A stretch of DNA of 64,000 nt from Candidatus Doudnabacteria bacterium (GTDB taxonomy: Bacteria; Patescibacteriota; Doudnabacteria; UBA920): contig JACRDK010000031.1 in the NCBI GenBank assembly GCA_016218585.1, positions 65,764 through 129,763 on the forward strand, in the 5' to 3' direction. Every line of letters begins with the position of its first letter. Position 1 is the stretch's first letter. Below are positions 59,213 to 64,000 of the stretch, in pieces. The notes under the pieces were generated by a model. The model had not been told where the DNA came from. It was given only the letters and a program-made list of their open reading frames with translations, and ran no database searches. A program made the position numbers and the translations under genes.

Positions 59213-59611
59213 TTATAACTGGCTGGTGCAAAACGCGCAACGCTTGGCATCTTTGGGAATTTCGCTTAAACATTCCGGGCATTTTTTTGTGGTAGGGTCT
59301 GCCGGGGCTTCTTTGCGGGCTTTGGCAATCAGAGTATTAATGGGAATAACAACAAAAAAGTAAACGGTAGCGGTGACAATTAAAAATGATACGGCGGCAT
59401 TTATAAAATTGCCGTACATGAAACGGCTGTGATTGATGGTAAAATTAAGTCCTGAAAAATCAGGTTGTTTAACTATTGCCGCCACCAGCGGGGTGAGCAA
59501 ATCTTTTACTAAAGAGTTAACTATAGAAGTAAACGCGGCGCCAACCACAACACCAACCGCCAAGTCCACCACATTACCTCTTAAAATAAACTGTTTGAAT
59601 CCTTTTAGCAT
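59213..59611 (-). CDS. mscL: large-conductance mechanosensitive channel
   Basis: FKQFILRGNVVDLAVGVVVGAAF; C-terminal CPECLS..CAFC Zn ribbon. Confidence 0.92.
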   Translation of the reverse strand: MLKGFKQFILRGNVVDLAVGVVVGAAFTSIVNSLVKDLLTPLVAAIVKQPDFSGLNFTINHSRFMYGNFINAAVSFLIVTATVYFFVVIPINTLIAKARKEAPADPTTKKCPECLSEIPKDAKRCAFCTSQL

Positions 59612-59635
59612 ATTTGTCGCTTTAAATTAATTATA

Positions 59636-60739
59636 CTATTTAATGCCTTGCCCTATTGCTTCGCTAATATTTTTATAACCATCGGCTTGCAATAATTTTA
59701 CCAAACCCTGGTTTATTTCGCTAATTAGTTGCGGGCCTTGGAATATCATCCCGGTAATTAATTGCACCAGGCTGGCGCCCAGCTTAATTTTTTTATAGGC
59801 ATCCTCCGCGCTAAACACTCCGCCGCAGCCAATAATAATTTTCTTGCCGCCATAATATTTATAGACCTTTGCGATCATTTGGTTGGATAATTCTTCCACG
59901 GCTTTGCCGGAAAAACCACCCTTGCCTTCGTGATTAAACCTGTTAACTTTGGTCAGGTTGGTGCAAATAAAACCGTCCACGGGGTATTTATTTCCTAAAG
60001 CCAAAATTCCATTCAGCTGGTCTTCTGCTAAATCCGGCGACAATTTAACAAACACCGGCTTTGTTTTGGGAATGCTAAAAAGTTTAGCCAGTAAAACATC
60101 CAAATTTTCTGCCTGGGCAAATATTGGCGAAGGTTCACAGGTGTTGGGGCAGCTAATGTTAACCGTAAAATAATCGCCAACGTCCTGAAAAATTTTATAA
60201 CTTTTAAAATAATCCTCCGCCCCGGCTTCAACATGAGATGTTTGTTCGGAATTGGTTTTAGCTATGCTCACGCCTAAAACAAAATCAAACTTCCTGCCCT
60301 TAAGGCGGTTATGGATATTTTCCGCTCCGGAATTTTTTAACCCATAATTTACCCGCAAAGCCTTTTCTTTGGGTAGGCGCCACAACCATTTGCCTGGATT
60401 GCCTGAAAAAGCCAGGGCGGTAATAGAGCCGGCTTCTTCAAAACCAAAACCCACCTTGGGCAAAATACCCGGCAAAAAGGCCTCTTTATCAAAACCGGCG
60501 GCCAAGCCAATTGGATTTTTAAAGTTAATTCCTGCTAAATTTTGGGTAAGCATTTGGTTTTGATAATTGAACATTAAGCCGGTAAGCCAACGGCCAACGG
60601 GGTTGCTCCCTAAAAGCCGGCCAGCCAAAACCATCCGGTCATGCAACTTTTCCGGATTTAACAAAAAGAAAAACCTTTTTAAAAGATTTCTGTATATAAA
60701 AGAAATGGTTTTATTCCTAACCGCGACTAAAGTCTCCAT
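59636..60739 (-). CDS. pyrD: quinone-dependent dihydroorotate dehydrogenase (class 2-like)
   Basis: NPIGLAAGFDK, NISCPNT, VKLSPD, GGFSG, GASLVQL. Confidence 0.9.
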   Translation of the reverse strand: METLVAVRNKTISFIYRNLLKRFFFLLNPEKLHDRMVLAGRLLGSNPVGRWLTGLMFNYQNQMLTQNLAGINFKNPIGLAAGFDKEAFLPGILPKVGFGFEEAGSITALAFSGNPGKWLWRLPKEKALRVNYGLKNSGAENIHNRLKGRKFDFVLGVSIAKTNSEQTSHVEAGAEDYFKSYKIFQDVGDYFTVNISCPNTCEPSPIFAQAENLDVLLAKLFSIPKTKPVFVKLSPDLAEDQLNGILALGNKYPVDGFICTNLTKVNRFNHEGKGGFSGKAVEELSNQMIAKVYKYYGGKKIIIGCGGVFSAEDAYKKIKLGASLVQLITGMIFQGPQLISEINQGLVKLLQADGYKNISEAIGQGIK

Positions 60740-60825
60740 AAATTAATTATAAGCCCAAATGGCAAACATTGCCAATATTGGCTTAAAACTGTAAAATATA
60801 GAGGATAATTCTTAAAACAATTCCA

Positions 60826-61755
60826 ATGAAGCAAAAATTTGTTACCATCGGACTTATCCAGAGCAAAGTTTCCTCCGATATTCCGGCTAACGTAAAAAAA
60901 ACGGAAAAGATGATTCGGGCTGCGGCAAAAAAAGGCGCGCAAATTATTTGCCTGCAGGAACTTTTTCAAACGCCTTACTTCCCCCAATGGGAAAATATGG
61001 ACAAAAAATCCTACGCCGAAACTATTCCCGGACCAACTTCCACTGCTATGCAAAAACTCAGCCGTGAGCTGGGCGTGACTTTAATTGTGCCAATGTACGA
61101 ACAACTCGGCAATAAATTTTTTAACACTGCGGTTGTGTTTGATTCCAAGGGCAAGAACATTGGCAAGTACCACAAAATTCACATTCCCCACGACCCGGGT
61201 TTTTACGAAAAAGAATACTTTGAGCATGGGCAAGCCGGATATAAAATCTTTACCGTTCAGGGCGTAAAATTCGCCGTGCTTATTTGCTACGACCAGTGGT
61301 TTCCGGAAGCAGCCAGAGAAGTGCGCCTTAGCGGCGCTGAAATAATTTTCTACCCTACCGCAGTCGGCGACATTGTCGGCTATAAGGCCGAGGGCGACTG
61401 GCACGATGCCTGGGAAACGGTTCAACGCGGGCATGCTATTGCCAACAGCTTGTATGTTGCCACGGTAAACCGAACAGGACGCGAAGGCCGAATGCAGTTA
61501 TTTGGGCAATCTTTTATTTCCGACCCATTTGGCAAAATTTTAAAACGAGCCTCCGTAGACAAGGAAGAAATCTTAGTGCAAAAATTGGACCTTACCAAAA
61601 ACGAATTCTTTTCCGAAGGCTGGGGCTTTATGCGCAACCGCAGGCCGGATACCTACAAAACTTTAGTTACCAATAAGCTCACCAAAAAATCAAAGAAGTT
61701 GCAAAACGTGGCTCACTATAAAGATGAAATTAAAGCCTTGGGGGCAAATAAATGA
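60826..61755 (+). CDS. aguB: N-carbamoylputrescine amidase (nitrilase family)
   Basis: [30 protein letters not shown]; clustered with agmatine deiminase. Confidence 0.8.
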   Translation: MKQKFVTIGLIQSKVSSDIPANVKKTEKMIRAAAKKGAQIICLQELFQTPYFPQWENMDKKSYAETIPGPTSTAMQKLSRELGVTLIVPMYEQLGNKFFNTAVVFDSKGKNIGKYHKIHIPHDPGFYEKEYFEHGQAGYKIFTVQGVKFAVLICYDQWFPEAAREVRLSGAEIIFYPTAVGDIVGYKAEGDWHDAWETVQRGHAIANSLYVATVNRTGREGRMQLFGQSFISDPFGKILKRASVDKEEILVQKLDLTKNEFFSEGWGFMRNRRPDTYKTLVTNKLTKKSKKLQNVAHYKDEIKALGANK

Positions 61756-62411
61756 TTGAGGCGATTATTTTTGACGCTGAAGGAGTAGTAATTGACACTC
61801 ACCCATTATGGGTAAAAGGTGATATGGAATTTATGCAAAAAAATTCTTCGCGGACAAATTTAGAACAGCTATATCAGTCGGAAATAGTAAGCAAAATAGT
61901 AGGAAACTCAATTCTTGATGGAACAAAAATCTTTAAAAAAATTCTGGACATCCCAGGAGAACTGGAAGAATTAGTAAAGGAACGGGTAGAAATAATGGAG
62001 AGATTGTTTAAAACCGAGATTAAATTTATTGATGGTTTCGAACAGTTCTTTAATAAAAATGTAAAAAATTCTTACAAAACTGCCATCGGAACATCCATTA
62101 AGAAGGAGTTCTTTGAGTTGGTTGAACAAAGGCTTTTGATGCGGCAATTTTTTGGAGACAATATTTACCATATTTATGACATAAGGGGCATTTCCAAACC
62201 TAACCCGGATATATTTCTTTACGCAGCCCATCAGATTGGCGCAAGCCCCAAAGAATGCCTGGTCATAGAAGATGCCCCTAACGGTATTGAAGCAGCCAAA
62301 CGTGCTGGAATGAAGTGCATTGCTTTAACAACAACTTTCAAGGGAGACAAACTCACAGGCGCCGATTTAATTGTAGATCACTACAGCAAAATTAACCTAT
62401 CAACGATTTAA
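61752..62411 (+). CDS. HAD phosphatase (beta-PGM-like)
   Basis: [26 protein letters not shown]. Confidence 0.85.
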   Translation: MIEAIIFDAEGVVIDTHPLWVKGDMEFMQKNSSRTNLEQLYQSEIVSKIVGNSILDGTKIFKKILDIPGELEELVKERVEIMERLFKTEIKFIDGFEQFFNKNVKNSYKTAIGTSIKKEFFELVEQRLLMRQFFGDNIYHIYDIRGISKPNPDIFLYAAHQIGASPKECLVIEDAPNGIEAAKRAGMKCIALTTTFKGDKLTGADLIVDHYSKINLSTI

Positions 62412-62414
62412 TCT

Positions 62415-63467
62415 ATGACAGACACTCCTTTAAAACTTGGATTTACCATGCCCGCCGAATGGGAAGAACATTCGGCTATTTGGCTTGCTTGGCCATATGA
62501 CGAAATTACTTTCCCCGAAGGCCGCGTTGAAAAAATAGAAAAAATTTACGTGGAAATAATTAAAAACATCCATACCAGTGAAGACATTGAACTTTTGGTG
62601 TTAAATGAACAAATGAAAACCAAAGCCACTCAAATGATCGCGGATGCCGGCATAAATTTATCAAAAATAACTTTTCATATTACGGATTATGCCGATGTCT
62701 GGATGCGCGACTATGGCCCAACATTTATAAAAAACCCGGAAACCAGGGAGTTGGCCTGGGTAAAATGGAACTACAACGCCTATAATAATAAATTTCCAGA
62801 TCTGTTAAAAGATAACGAAGTTTTTTTTGCTTTGCGCAAAACCGTAGACAAACGAATGTTTGAACCGGGAATACTTTTAGAAGGCGGCGCGCTGGAAGTA
62901 AACGGCAGCGGAGTATGCCTTACCACCGAACAATGCCTGCTGGCACGCAATCCCAATTTTTCTAAAGAACAATTAGAAAATTATTTGCGAGGGTTTCTGG
63001 GAGTTAAAAAAGTTATTTGGCTAAAACAAGGACTCCCCCACGACCACACTGACGGCCACATAGACGAACTGGCGCGGTTTGTCTCCTCCAATAAAATTGT
63101 TTGCGCTTACGAAGAAAACCGCGAAGATGAAAATTTTAAAGTTTTAGACGACAACTATCAGGCTTTATGCAAAGCTACAGATACAAACGGCAACCCATTT
63201 GAGGTTATTAAATTGCAAGTGCCTCATATAACTTACGACTCCAACAAGCCTTTTGAAGCCGGAGAGCCGGCCCCCGCTTCTTACACCAATTTTTACATTG
63301 GCAATGAAGTTGTTTTAGCTTCTGTATTTAAAGACGCCAACGATGCCGCGGCTTTAGAGGCCTTGCAAATGTGCTTCCCGGATAAAAAAGTTATCGGAGT
63401 TGATTGTTCAGATGTCATCTACGGCGGCGGCGGCGTGCATTGTATGACTCAACAACAGCCTTCTTAG
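62415..63467 (+). CDS. aguA: agmatine deiminase
   Basis: MPAEWE, WMRDYGP, LEGG, HTDGHID, ASYTNF, GGGVHCMTQQ. Confidence 0.92.
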   Translation: MTDTPLKLGFTMPAEWEEHSAIWLAWPYDEITFPEGRVEKIEKIYVEIIKNIHTSEDIELLVLNEQMKTKATQMIADAGINLSKITFHITDYADVWMRDYGPTFIKNPETRELAWVKWNYNAYNNKFPDLLKDNEVFFALRKTVDKRMFEPGILLEGGALEVNGSGVCLTTEQCLLARNPNFSKEQLENYLRGFLGVKKVIWLKQGLPHDHTDGHIDELARFVSSNKIVCAYEENREDENFKVLDDNYQALCKATDTNGNPFEVIKLQVPHITYDSNKPFEAGEPAPASYTNFYIGNEVVLASVFKDANDAAALEALQMCFPDKKVIGVDCSDVIYGGGGVHCMTQQQPS

Positions 63468-63604
63468 TTTGTAGAGCGTAGTTGGTAGCTTGTAGATTTG
63501 GCACAAAATCTCTTTACTTATTTTATATATTTGTTAGAATAATTTTGTAATTAATCCTTTTCGCTTGAACTATAACTAATAGGAATTCGCGGAAAAAAAT
63601 AATC

Positions 63605-63677
63605 TCCATTCCAAACAAAGAGAGAAATCCCTTAACCAATTAAGTTCAAGGGAACCCTCGCTCCGCTCGGGATGGCA
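63605..63677. repeat. degenerate REP/REPIN-like palindromic doublet
   Basis: tccattccaaacaaagagagaaatccct...agggaaccctcgctccgctcgggatggca (antisense reads CHPERSEGS). Confidence 0.55.
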
Positions 63678-63690
63678 AAGGAAAATTCCT

Positions 63691-64000
63691 ATGGAAAAAA
63701 AGAAAATAGACAAGTTGTCTTCGTCATTAAAAAAAATGATTGAGCCGGACTTGCGTAAAAGCATTGGGACTTTGAGCCAGAACACTAAAAAGGCCAAAAA
63801 CCCGGTAAGCGCTTTTGCCGACCAGACCTTAAAGCATTTAAATGGCGGTTCAACTTTGCAGGCGGCTTTGTGGCTTAAAAACCATATAGACAACGGCGGC
63901 AAATTGGTAGTTACCCTAGCCGGAGCCCTAAGCTCTTTTGAAGTCGGCGTAATGTTGGCGGAATTAATTAGGCAAAACAAGGTACATTTGGTTTCCGCCA
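63691..64000 (+). CDS. deoxyhypusine synthase-like (putative homospermidine synthase), runs off window end
   Basis: Manual translation ...HIDNGGKLVVTLAGALSSFEVGVMLAELIRQNKVHLVSA matches the DHS-family N-terminus. Confidence 0.75.
   Translation, partial: MEKKKIDKLSSSLKKMIEPDLRKSIGTLSQNTKKAKNPVSAFADQTLKHLNGGSTLQAALWLKNHIDNGGKLVVTLAGALSSFEVGVMLAELIRQNKVHLVSA

Overview
Bacterial chromosomal window, most likely Patescibacteria/CPR. This is inferred from AT-rich leaderless genes, a type IV pilin fusion, a 2993-aa surface protein and an intron-split tRNA. Layout: 1-15.2 kb is a run of minus-strand, mostly single-gene accessory units. 15.4-16.3 kb holds a tRNA-Asn(GUU) split at 35/36 by a group I intron, preceded by a GIY-YIG gene and a palindrome-interrupted duplicate of the tRNA 5' exon. 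16.3-38 kb has accessory, stress and surface genes (VOC, ArsR/SRPBCC, DinB, rsgA, pilin fusion). 38.8-43.4 kb is a HasA-like exopolysaccharide operon. The remainder is ABC-F, the giant surface protein, a DEAD-box helicase, ECF sigma/anti-sigma, mscL, pyrD and an aguB-HAD-aguA-DHS-like polyamine cluster. Three things stand out. (1) ~115-bp att-like repeats that copy the tRNA-Asn 3' end and downstream DNA, carry recombinase-like C-terminal tail fragments and separate single cargo units. (2) A class of GC-rich, Shine-Dalgarno-led genes framed by shared promoters and hairpins, one between perfect 45-bp direct repeats. (3) Twin-hairpin micro-insertions clustered around the GIY-YIG/tRNA locus. No integrase, transposase or CRISPR array was seen. 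All calls are by eye; no database searches were run.
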